Below are positions 52,574-64,000 of a stretch of 64,000 nucleotides of DNA, piece by piece. Positions within the stretch are counted from its first letter, which is position 1; the number at the start of each line of letters is the position of its first letter. Position numbers and translations under genes: made by a program. Source of the DNA: Eledone cirrhosa. Taxonomy: Eukaryota. The stretch is from positions 233,368,001 to 233,432,000 of the forward strand of contig OZ024741.1 in NCBI GenBank assembly GCA_964016885.1, given 5' to 3'. Under the pieces are notes generated by a model, which saw only the letters and a list, made by a program, of their open reading frames with translations, made no database searches and was not told the origin of the DNA.

Positions 52574-52816
52574 AATAAACGAAGCTAAATTTTAATCATT
52601 TGACTTTTATTTAACTTTATTTTATGTATGTATATATATATGTATTATCATCATCTTCGTTTAACGTCCATTTTCCACGCTAGCATGGGTTTGACGTATG
52701 TGTATATATATATATATGTGTGTATATATATATTTATATATATATATGTATATGTATGTATATATATATGTGTATATATGTATATATATATGTATATATA
52801 TATGTATATATATATA

Positions 52817-52866
<50 letters not shown>

Positions 52867-52872
52867 TGTATG

Positions 52873-54865
52873 TATCATCATCATCATCATCATCAACGTT
52901 TAACGTCCGTGTTCCACGCTTGCATGGGTTTGGACGGGGGTAGTCCCACTTGAGGCAAGAGTGATTGTCTTGCTCGCATAGGACTGTCTGGCAGGTTTTC
53001 TACAGTTGGATGCCCTTCCTAACACCAACCACATTTACAGTGTGGGTCTGGGAGGTTTTTACCGTGTTGCCTACACGGCCACATTACAGCGTGGACTGTG
53101 TTTTTTGTCGTGACACCTACACGATCTCATTTGTTTCGGCCTGGATGGCGCGGCACCAACATAACTTTACATAGAACGGGGTGGTGTGGATGGGGTGGGG
53201 GTGGTGGCGGGACGGGGTGTATTTTGTTAGAGATGCCTACTGGCAAGGCGGGTCTTCTCTGTTACTGAGTACCGCCAAAGGTCTCGGTCCAGTGACATTG
53301 TCTTGGAGAGGTGTAAGTGTGTGAGGTCGGAGTTTATCAGCTCATCCCATGTTTTTCTAGGTCTGCCTATTCCGTGGCTACCGTCTATCTTTATTGCCCT
53401 GCACTTTGTTATACAGCTATCGACTTTCATGCGCATCACGTGTCCATACCAACGCAGCCTTCTCTCGAGTAAACAACATCTGATCCCTCTTATCTCTAAT
53501 TTTTTCCTTAGTTCGTTTATGCTTTGCCGTTCACGTATATTACTGTTACACATCCAGCGGAGCATGCAAGCTTCGTTCCTCTCTAGTCTGCGTATATCCT
53601 CTGCACACAATGCCCAGGTCTCACTACCATGCAACATTGCTGTTCGTATGCAGGCATCGTACAACCTGCCTTTCATTTTTAGGGAGAACCCTTTAGCAGC
53701 TAATAGTGGTATAAGCTCTCTGAACTTTTTCCAACCAGTTCTGACTCTAGCTACAGTACTTTCAGAGCACCCTCCCCCACTGCTGATTTTATCGCCCAGG
53801 TAACGGAAGCTGTCCACTATTTCTATAGAACCCTCTGCGCAATTGAAAGAGCTAGTATTTTGTGGGCACTTGCTGCTACTTATTGCACCAGAACACCGGC
53901 CACATGTAAAATCTATGTTCTTAGTTAGCTTACCTGTGATCCCACTACATCTTTTATGCACCCATACTTTGCATTTAGGACATAAAATGGAGTTTCTACC
54001 TACGCCTTTCCTACACACCGAGCACGACCATTTCCCAGAAGGGACCGCCGCCTTGTTTTCTTTCCTACAAACTAGAACTTTGGTCTTAGCCAGGTTAATT
54101 TTAAGTCCTTTTGACTCTAGGCCGTGCTTCCATGTTTGGAATTTCTTCTCTAGCTCGGCCATTGATTCCGCTATGAGTGTCAGGTCGTCTGCGTATAGGA
54201 GTTCCCATGGGCAGCCTGTCTTGAACTCCTCTGTTATAGCCTGAAGGGCAATAATAAATAGTAGGGGGCTGAGAACAGAGCCCTGATGGACGCCAACTTT
54301 TACGCTAAACTCTTCACTATATTCGTTGTTAATTCTAACCTTGCTGACTGTTTCTTTATACATGGCTTGTATAGCCCTCACAAGCCATTCGTCAACGCCT
54401 ATTTTTCTAAGAGCCCACCAGATAATGGAGCGGGGGACTCTGTCGAAGGCTTTCTCCAGGTCGACAAAAGCTAAGTAGAGGGGTTTACCTTTAGCTAGGT
54501 ACTTCTCCTGTAGTTGTCGTACTATGAAAAGAGCGTCTGTGGTGCTTTTGCCTGACACAAACCCGAACTGCATTTCATCTAGGTCAATTCTCTCTCTGAT
54601 TAGTTGCGCTATTACTTTTTCCGTGACCTTCATGACCTGGTCGATTAATTTAATGCCTCTATAGTTACTCCTATCTAGGGCGTCTCCTTTACCCTTATAA
54701 CAGTTAACGATGATGCTGCTATGCCAGTCCTTCGGAACAACCCCATTCTGTACGACTTGGTTAACTATGCGGGTGACCATGGTGTGTCCCACCGTGCCAG
54801 ATGCCTTCAGCATCTCAGCAACTATTTCCGAAGGCCCAGCCGCCTTACCCGTCTTCATATCCTTG
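52873..54865 (-). mobile_element. RTE-clade LINE, young 3' portion with intact RT ORF (53227-54858, 543 aa)
   Basis: [35 protein letters not shown], a Cys-rich PHD-like insert (CSVC...[12 protein letters not shown]), RRLRWYGHV; (ATG)n tail at about 52875-52895. Confidence 0.92.
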
Positions 54866-54928
54866 ATATATATATATATATATGTATGTATGTATGTATA
54901 TATGTATGTATGTATGTATGTATATATG

Positions 54929-54959
<31 letters not shown>

Positions 54960-54978
54960 ATATATATATATATGTATG

Positions 54979-55011
<33 letters not shown>

Positions 55012-55208
55012 ATATGTATATATGTATGTATATATGTATATATATGTATATATGTATATGTATATATGTATATATATGTATATATGTATATGTATATATG
55101 TATATATATATGTATATATATATGTATATATGTATATATATATGTATATATATATGTGTATATGTATATATATATGTGTATATGTATATATATATGTATA
55201 TATATATG

Positions 55209-55243
<35 letters not shown>

Positions 55244-55254
55244 GTATATATATG

Positions 55255-55287
<33 letters not shown>

Positions 55288-55288
55288 G

Positions 55289-55541
<253 letters not shown>

Positions 55542-55560
55542 GAATATATATATATATATA

Positions 55561-55592
<32 letters not shown>

Positions 55593-55600
55593 AATATATT

Positions 55601-55633
<33 letters not shown>

Positions 55634-55679
55634 ATATATATATTTATATAATATATAAGAAAAAAAGAGGGTTAAAGGA

Positions 55680-55998
55680 AGAGATGATTGCCAGTAGTCT
55701 CTTAATTATTCTCTAACTACCTCTATCGTCTTATTGATCCAGCTCTCAGCCAGTAATATGCCCACCCTACCTAACCCATCATCATTACCCACCCAGAAAA
55801 GCTTATAACTACAATGTTTGCCTGCGATTAATCTTGCAGAGGCACCTCTCCATCGCACCTCTTGCACACAGCACACATCCACATGCTTTCTTTCCAGCAT
55901 CTCTGCAATCTCACCAGATCTACCTGTTAGGGTGCCAACATTAAGCGTGGCAACTCTGAGATGCGACATCCCGTTCTTTTTCCTGTTGTGCGATTGCT
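55680..55998 (-). mobile_element. RTE LINE APE endonuclease N-terminal fragment
   Basis: [14 protein letters not shown]...[13 protein letters not shown] motif. Confidence 0.85.
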
Positions 55999-56477
55999 TG
56001 ATGACGTATGTATGTATATATATGTATTTATATATATATATATGTATATATATATATACATATGTATGTATATATATGTATTTATATATGTATATATATG
56101 TATGTATATATGTATATATATGTATTTATATATATATATATATGTATATATATATACGTATGTATGTATATATATGTATATATATATACGTATGTATGTA
56201 TATATATGTATTTATCATCATCATCATCATCATCATCATCAACGTTTAACGTCCGTGTTCCACGCTTGCATGGGTTTGGACGGGGGTAGTCCCACTTGAG
56301 GCGTGTATGTATATATATATATATGTATTTATATATATATATATATGTATATATATATTTATATATGTATATATATATGTGTATGTATATATATATATGT
56401 ATTTATATATATATATATATGTATATATATATTTATATATGTATATATATATGTGTATGTATATATATATATGTATT

Positions 56478-56513
<36 letters not shown>

Positions 56514-56593
56514 TGTATGTATATATATGAATCTATATATATATATATATATTTATATATGTATATATATATATGTATGTATATATATGAATC

Positions 56594-56647
<54 letters not shown>

Positions 56648-56649
56648 TA

Positions 56650-58192
56650 TCATATTCATCATCATCAAAGTTTTACGTCCGTTCTTCCACGCTAGCATGG
56701 GTTAGACGGGTTGTCCTGTTGTGGGCTGTGTCTAGTTGGCTGACCATGCCTTGCTCATACAGGAACTGATTTGGCTTGATTTCTACAGCTGGATGCCCTT
56801 CCTAACACCAACCTCATTTACAGTGAGTGCTGGGTGCTTTTTCGTGGCGCCTACACGTCCACTTTACAGTGTGGGCTGAGTGCTTTTTTGCCGTGGCACC
56901 TCCACGACCACCTTGCGGTGGGGGCATATTGTCTATATGCTTCAGCTTGTACCCATGGGAGGTCGGGTACTCTGTATTACTGCGTGACGCCAGAGGTAAC
57001 GGTCGTGTGTCATTGCCTTTGAGAGGTGTAATTGGGTATGGTCGGCTTTTATCACCTCATCCCAGGTCATCTTGGGTCTCCCAACTCCGCGGTTTCCATC
57101 GACTTCTAGTGCTCTGCACCTTTTTATTCAGCTGTCATCCTTCATATGCATCACATGTCCATACCAGCGCAACCGCCTCTCCTGCACATAGCATTTGATT
57201 CCTCTTATGCTCAGTCTCTCTCTCAATTCATTTATGCTTTGTCGTTCACGTATATTACTGTTACACATCCATCGGAGCATGCAGGCTTCGTTTCTCTCTA
57301 ATCTACATAAGTCTTCCACCTTCAGCGCCCAGGTCTCACTACCATGCAACATCGCTGTTCGGATACTCGCATCATACAGTCTGCCTTTCATACTGAGGGA
57401 GAAGCCTTTTGCAGCTAGCAGTGGTAGTAGTTCCCTAAACTCCCGTTCTTACCCTAGTTATTGTACTTTCTGAACACCCACCTCCGCTGCTAATTTGGTC
57501 ACCTAGGTAGCAGAAGCTGTCTACTGTTTCTACAGAGCCCTCCCAGAGATTGGTGGTACTTGTTTCCTGTGGCTGTTTGCTGCTTGCTGTCCTAGTACAG
57601 CTGCTGCATGTGAAGCCTACATTCTTAATTAAGCTTCCTGAGATCCCGCTACATCTCTTGTGTACCCATTGTTTGCATTTGGGGCAGAGAATGGAGTTCC
57701 TACATACTGAGCAAGGCCATTTCCCTGAGGGGATCTGGGTTCTGTTTTCTCGTCTACTTACAAGGACCTTAGTCTTTGTCATGTTGACTTTGAGACTCTT
57801 TCTTTCTAGTCCCTGCTTCCAAGTTTGGAATTTCTTCTCTAGTTCTACCATAGATTCAGCTATGAGTGCAAGGTCATCAGCATACAGGAGTTCCCATGGG
57901 TATCCGGTCTTAAACTCCTCCATTATTGCCTGCAGGACTATGCTGAACAGGAGGGGGCTAAGAACAGAGCCCTGGTGGACCCCAACCTGTATGCTAAATT
58001 CCTCGCTATACTCATTGCTAATCCTAACTTTGCTGACTGCTCCCCTATACATGGCTTGTACCGCTTTCACAAGCCATTCATCTACTCCTAGTTTTCTAAG
58101 AGCCCACCAGATTACAGCACGTGGAACTCTGTCAAAGGCTTTCTCAAGGTCGACAAATGCCAGGTAGAGTGGCTTACTTTTAGCTAGGTACT
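56650..58192 (-). mobile_element. RTE LINE 3' fragment with disrupted RT
   Basis: [16 protein letters not shown] and RRLRWYGHV in frameshifted ORFs; its 3' UTR matches the body and tail of the SINE family A. Confidence 0.9.
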
Positions 58193-58199
58193 ATGAATG

Positions 58200-58254
<55 letters not shown>

Positions 58255-58265
58255 GTATATATATG

Positions 58266-58387
<122 letters not shown>

Positions 58388-58439
58388 TGTGTATATATAT
58401 ATATGTATATATGTATATATATATATATATATGTGTATG

Positions 58440-58472
<33 letters not shown>

Positions 58473-58479
58473 GTGTATG

Positions 58480-58540
<61 letters not shown>

Positions 58541-58563
58541 ATATATATATATATATGTGTATG

Positions 58564-58621
<58 letters not shown>

Positions 58622-60798
58622 TATATATGTATGTGTGTATGTATATATATATATATTATAATAGATATATTATATATAAGACTTGTCTCTCGACGCAGAC
58701 AACCTGCCTGGCCCATATAAGCATAGAAAGCCTGTTTAACAGTGATGATGATGATCATCATCATCATCATCATCATCACTGTTTAACCTTTTCCCATACT
58801 TGCATGAGTCAGCCGGGTTGTCTGCGTCGAGAGACAAGTCTTGATGATGATCATCATCACCGTCTAGCGTTCATTTTTCCACGCTACCATGGGTTAGATG
58901 AGTTCTCCTCCTATGTGACAAGCCAGATCAGATGACCGTGTCTTGTTCATGCAGAACTGATTTTGGCTTGGTTTCTACAGCTAGATGCCCTTCCCAACAC
59001 CAACCACATTTACAGTGTGTGTTGGGAGTAATTTTCTTATGACACCTACACAACTACTTTACGGTATGAACTGGGGATGGGGAACTTAACAGGTGAGGTG
59101 TGGGGTATTGGGGAGTGGGTGGGGAAGGTAGGGGAAAGTGGTGCATACTGAATGTGTGTGTATATATATATATATATATATTCATATAAAAATGAGAAAA
59201 CTCATCGCTAGAAAAGCTATTAAAACAGCAAAATGCTGTCAATGACAGCAATGAGCAACAGTGCCACAGAGGCCAGTAGCCAGTAGTCATACCATTTTAA
59301 AATGCTGGATCATGCAACAGAAAAATATATCTTTCTGCTAGTATGATGTGTATGTGATAAAACAAGCAGCACAGATAGCAGAAAGAATACTCAAGCTGTA
59401 GTGTTCCACCACCAGATCACTCTTTGTCTGGCTGGCACTTTGCTGCAACCACAAGTCCCATCAGTAGTTCACAATAGGTTGTCAACATATTATATATATG
59501 AACCCATGCTAGCATGGAAGATGGACGTTAAACGAAGATGATGATGATGATGATGAATGTGTGTGTGAGGAATATATTGAAAGCAGTAGCACTTACATTG
59601 CATGATTCATAATATAGGTATAAATGAAGGCACACACAATATGTTTATGTAGAATACACATAGAGATTTTGCTATGATCTTGTCATAGCTATCTCAGTTA
59701 CTGTGTGAGAATGCCTGGCTCTAGTATTTTCAGGATTTATTATCCATCATCAGTGAGACTAGAATAAGTTATAGCTTATATACTTTGTGTGTATAAAACA
59801 TCTGCTGAAGAAGTTCATTTGCATACAGATGGGATTAGCAGTAGCAGTAACATAATGGGATTCATAATAGAAGTGTATATGGAGGCATATATAATATGTT
59901 TGTGGATGATAAACATATACATGACTAAACTACTCTTAAAAGTAGTGCCCCAGCATGGCCACAATCTAGTGACAGAAACCAGTAAAGGAATATATGTGTG
60001 TGTATGTATGTATATTTGTGTATGTCTGTTTGTATGTGTGTGTGTGTTTGTATGTATGTATGTATGTGTATGTATATACATGCATGTGTATGTGAGTGTG
60101 TGTGCCCAAACACAAATGAAAGCTGATGCAGACAGGAAAACATGAATTCTTTCATCTCAGTCTCTATTGTAACTAAATATAGTTTATATTTTGGTTATTT
60201 TAGCTTCACAGTTGTGTTTCTGTTATAGAATTCACCTTTCTTTTTTTTTCCTTGTTATGTCGTTTCAAACAAAAACTCAAATAGAACAATACCTGAAACC
60301 AAAATAGCGACATTAAAAATCCCCACTCTCCACCATTAGTGCTAATATATAACTCTATTGACCATTTTATTCTTCCATGTCTGTCTGTGAGTCTACAATG
60401 TGCAGCAATGCATTACATTCCCATGACTTGGCATTTAAAACAGAAAATAATGGTGATTAGCACACAATTGCATCTGCTAGAGCACCTGACTGTAACTCTA
60501 CATCACTGCAGCAGCCACTGAGTGACCAACTCAATATGTTGCTTTAACTAGCTGCCTTTAATGTACGTTGTCATGATGATGGTGGTAGTGGTAATTATAG
60601 AGATGATGGTGGTGGTAGTGATTTTGATGGTGATGGAGGTGATGGTGGTGGTGGTAATGATGACGATGGTGGTGATGGTAATGATGGAACATATGAGCAA
60701 AATGTGGTGCCTCATCCAGTCTAATCTTGAACTGTGAAGCCCCATCCAACCGAAGTGAGCAGGAAAAGCAGATATAAAATGATGATGATATATATATG

Positions 60799-61035
60799 TA
60801 GTTTACTAACTAGATAGCTATTTAATTGTCAAAGCTTTTTTGTCACACATTCTGTGACCTTCTCAATGACTATTCCTGCTCCTCTGTGTCTCTTCATTTT
60901 GAATTTGTTTAATTTGCTCTATCTTGTCTTAAAATAGAGAAGAGATACAAGAGAGCAAGAATAGTCATAGATAAGGTTACAAAATGTGTGATGAAAGGGC
61001 TTTGACGATTGAATAAACATCCAATTACTAAACTA
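60799..61035. mobile_element. Diverged fold-back Penelope-like element with two degenerate hammerheads (60828-60870 minus, 60964-61006 plus)
   Basis: Imperfect inverted arms of about 100 bp. Consensus GTCA TTGAKAA G-GTCACA-GAATG-TGTGAC GAAA..GC TT TGAC, then AATAAA. Confidence 0.6.
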
Positions 61036-61036
61036 A

Positions 61037-61897
61037 TCTATCTATATATATAAAACTGTGTTTGTCTGTCTGTCTATCGATTTTTGGCACACATCTCCTC
61101 TTAGAATCTCTCACGGAATTGCACCGAAATTGCTATACTTGTACATTGAGCCCTAGCGAAGACATCGGAAAAAAAAAAATTTCAAATTGACCCACCCTAT
61201 GTGACGAAATCGAATATAATGTATCGATTTTTGAGCGTAAGTTATCAGTTATTTCCCTTTGTTCTGTTTACATTGAGCGTCTTACGTAAAAAATTACGCG
61301 GGCTTTCTCAGCGTTTAAAATGACACGAACAGTTGTTGAGCCAGCAAAATATTGACCTGCAAAATTCATCAGTTCGAACACTAAGCTTCCGTTTTGCTTC
61401 ATTTCCATTTAAAAGCCTTTTAAAACAATATTTTTACTTGAAAACAAGTCTATTTAAAGACTACGTAAAACAAGCAAATATATGTATCTGTAAATTTCGT
61501 TAGGCGTGCAGACAGACAGTCGTGCAGAGAGGTGATATAGGCGTGCAGACAGACAGTCGTGCAGAGAGGTGATATAGGCGTACAGACAGACATAACTGAT
61601 AATTTGGTTACGCTAATGTTTTTCTCTGCGTTGCAGTGTTTACGTTTTCGATCTTTGTTAATAAATAACCAGTGCAGTTTTTATCCCCAGCATCCTCTGT
61701 TGTTATAACATTCGGGTTATCGTTATGTTTTCTTAACTTCATAAGGCATATTGTTGGTTGAGGGGATATTAATCAAAAACACCATATGCAAGTCTGCACA
61801 GTAGACACTACAGTTTTTAAGCCAATAAAGAAACTTAACATTGAAACTTTAACACAGCTACTGAGCGACCCCGAGCAACGCCGGGCTTTACTGCTAG
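61037..61897 (+). mobile_element. Non-autonomous Helitron
   Basis: 5' TCTATCTATATATAAAAC, subterminal hairpin CCCGAGCAACGCCGGG, 3' CTAG, inserted between A and T; internal 37-bp tandem repeat 61501-61590. Confidence 0.85.
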
Positions 61898-62494
61898 TTA
61901 ATAATAAAACTGGAGTGAAACTCAATTAATGCATGTGTTTTTATTAGCAGCATAACCCTCCAAAAGTATAACAATATATATATATGTGTATGTGTATGCT
62001 TGGTAAACACACATCTGAGCTGAGGGTGCTACTGTACTCCATCTCCAAATGTAGGAGTCAATGTCTTATCAGGCAGTGAAGTAACTCTGAAGCTGTTTTG
62101 GCCCCTTCCACTGTGATACCAGTGCTACTTGAGGCTACCTAACAATGTGACAAAGCTCCTGCACTACAGTATACCTCAACACATTAGAACAGCATGGAAT
62201 TCATTGAATCTGTTGGTGTATCTCCAAGCGAGACATCACCAGATATAGTGAGTTGCTTTCTGACCAGCTTACAATAATTTCTTTGAAACTTATTTCCTTT
62301 CTTTTGCAACCAGCCCAAGGCATTGAGTTCACCCTCCTTCCAACAAATCTGACACCTATCGCTACATCATATATACTCATGTATAAATTACAACTTCATC
62401 TTATATATGATATTTTTGGTTCAATATTTGAAATGCATGCTGGTTTTTCTTTGTTTGGGGGCGTTTTTGTTTTTTCTTTGTTTGGGGGGGGCGG

Positions 62495-62525
<31 letters not shown>

Positions 62526-62875
62526 TTTGATTGATATACAAATATATAAGATATATGTAAGTATTTGTGTGCGTTTACTGGAGAGCATTATGAGAATGGT
62601 TCAGGGAGTGGTTGGAGAAATGGAGATAGTTAAAGTTGATATAACCCTTTGATGTTTGCAACAAAAAACTCAGCCAGTTTCAAGAAAGGGTTTAAAGAGA
62701 CGTAACCTTTATTTACAAAGGGGACAGGTGTGGGACATTTGAAGTGAGTCATAAAACATTGATACTTTATATTGTTCTATTTTTGAATGATGTTTATGTG
62801 TCTATGTGAATGGTGCTTATATGTATATGTGTGTGTGTTTATGTATGAATATATGTGCTTGTGTCTGTATGTATA

Positions 62876-63851
62876 CGAGGTGCATTCAAAAAGTATCCAC
62901 CCTTTGGGCATAAAAAAAACAATTTTGTACATTTCACAAATTTTATTTAATCACCTTCAACATACTCCCCCTCGGAGTTCACACTTCTCCCAACTGTTCT
63001 GCCACAGCTGGTAACACCTTTGGAACTCATTCTCTGGAATGCTATGGGGCTCTGCTGTTACTTTTCTCATAATTTCCTCTCACAACTCAAATCACTTCCC
63101 TTTCAGCGTGGTTTTCAGATTAGGGAAGAGCTAGAACTCACACGGTGCCAAGTTGGGTTGTAAACATAAATCCATGTCTCATCACCAGTGATGATGATCT
63201 TCATTAAATCTGGGTCGTGATTTGCACAGTCCAGCATGTTCTCAGCAATTTCCATGCTTCTACTGCTCTGCCAGTACCTTGGAGATGAATTTCGCCGACA
63301 CTCTCTGCATAAACAAACCCTCCATTGAAATGGAATACATCGATCCTGACCTTATTCCGACTTTGTGAGAAATTTCCAGGATTGTTGCACAACAGTTTTC
63401 TATGATTATCCATCAAACCTTCTCAATCAGCTCCTCATTCCTGCTTGTGGATGACCTGCCTTAGCATGCCTCGCTCTCCACTGAGGTGAAACAATGTTTG
63501 AAGCACTTATACCACTCCTTGATCTGGATTTCGCCCATGGTATCATCGCCAAAGGCCTGCTTAATCTTCTGGATGGTTTGAGCTTGAGTATCACCAAGTT
63601 TTTGGCAAAACTTCATGCAATATCTCTGCACGATGCGTTTGGTTGTTTTGCATGAAAACGAAAATCTGACAAGTGCCCACTATACATCTATACTTTAGCT
63701 ATAACAGCCAGGAACTGACATGGCCTACCGACGCGAAAATGTTCGTGCATGGGCAGAAGAGTAGCATCATCCACCCAAAGGATTTTACCCACACTGCATT
63801 AGTTTTGCCAAGGGAGGAAACTAAAGGCAGATACTTTTTGAATACACCTCG
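62876..63851 (-). mobile_element. Mariner transposon relic, internally deleted
   Basis: TIRs CGAGGTGCATTCAAAAAGTATC / GATACTTTTTGAATACACCTCG with TA on the left; transposase remnants QRYCMKFC..LG, IITGDETWIY.YNP, LAP...LFP.LK and GEYVEGD with stops. Confidence 0.9.
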
Positions 63852-64000
63852 TTTATGTGTGTTTTTGTGTATGTCTGTATGTATAAGATATATATATGTG
63901 TGTCATCATCATCATCATCATCATCATCGTTTAACATCTATCTTCCACGCTAGCATGGGTTTAGACGGGAGTTGTCTCACTTGAGGCAAGATTGGTTGTC

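Larger units (their letters stand above)
52121..52625. mobile_element. Non-autonomous Penelope-like fold-back element plus left tail
   Basis: Near-perfect inverted arms of about 183 bp (52219-52401 / 52441-52625) with a 39-nt loop; embedded between TA-rich microsatellites. Confidence 0.78.

Noticed and set aside
53303-54474. Plus-strand ORFs of 166, 133 and 62 aa
   Set aside because: Antisense shadows of the RTE reverse transcriptase; likewise 57550-58167 and 23549-24055.

Overview
AT-rich, microsatellite-dense animal genomic DNA, most likely octopus (inferred from the SINE families and compound (TA)/(ATG) tracts; not provable from sequence alone). The one clear host gene lies on the + strand: six phase-consistent GT-AG coding exons (30641-42768) encoding a hillarin/KY (kyphoscoliosis peptidase)-like transglutaminase-fold protein. 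It keeps the His and Asp of the triad but apparently lacks the catalytic Cys, and it continues beyond the last exon I can identify. The rest is mostly mobile DNA: RTE, CR1/L2, Tx1/L1 and R4-like LINE relics, two tRNA-derived SINE families, a non-autonomous Helitron, a mariner relic, MITEs and minisatellites. The most striking signal, which the ORF track does not show, is about ten sequence-diverse type I hammerhead ribozyme motifs. Several sit in long fold-back inverted repeats next to (TA)n tracts, giving one hammerhead per strand, and are followed by AATAAA. Three show a compensatory U3-A8 core. This is the architecture of non-autonomous Penelope-like/retrozyme-type elements; at least one (43777) and probably more lie in sense orientation within introns of the host gene. 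All folds were read by eye and none was computed.
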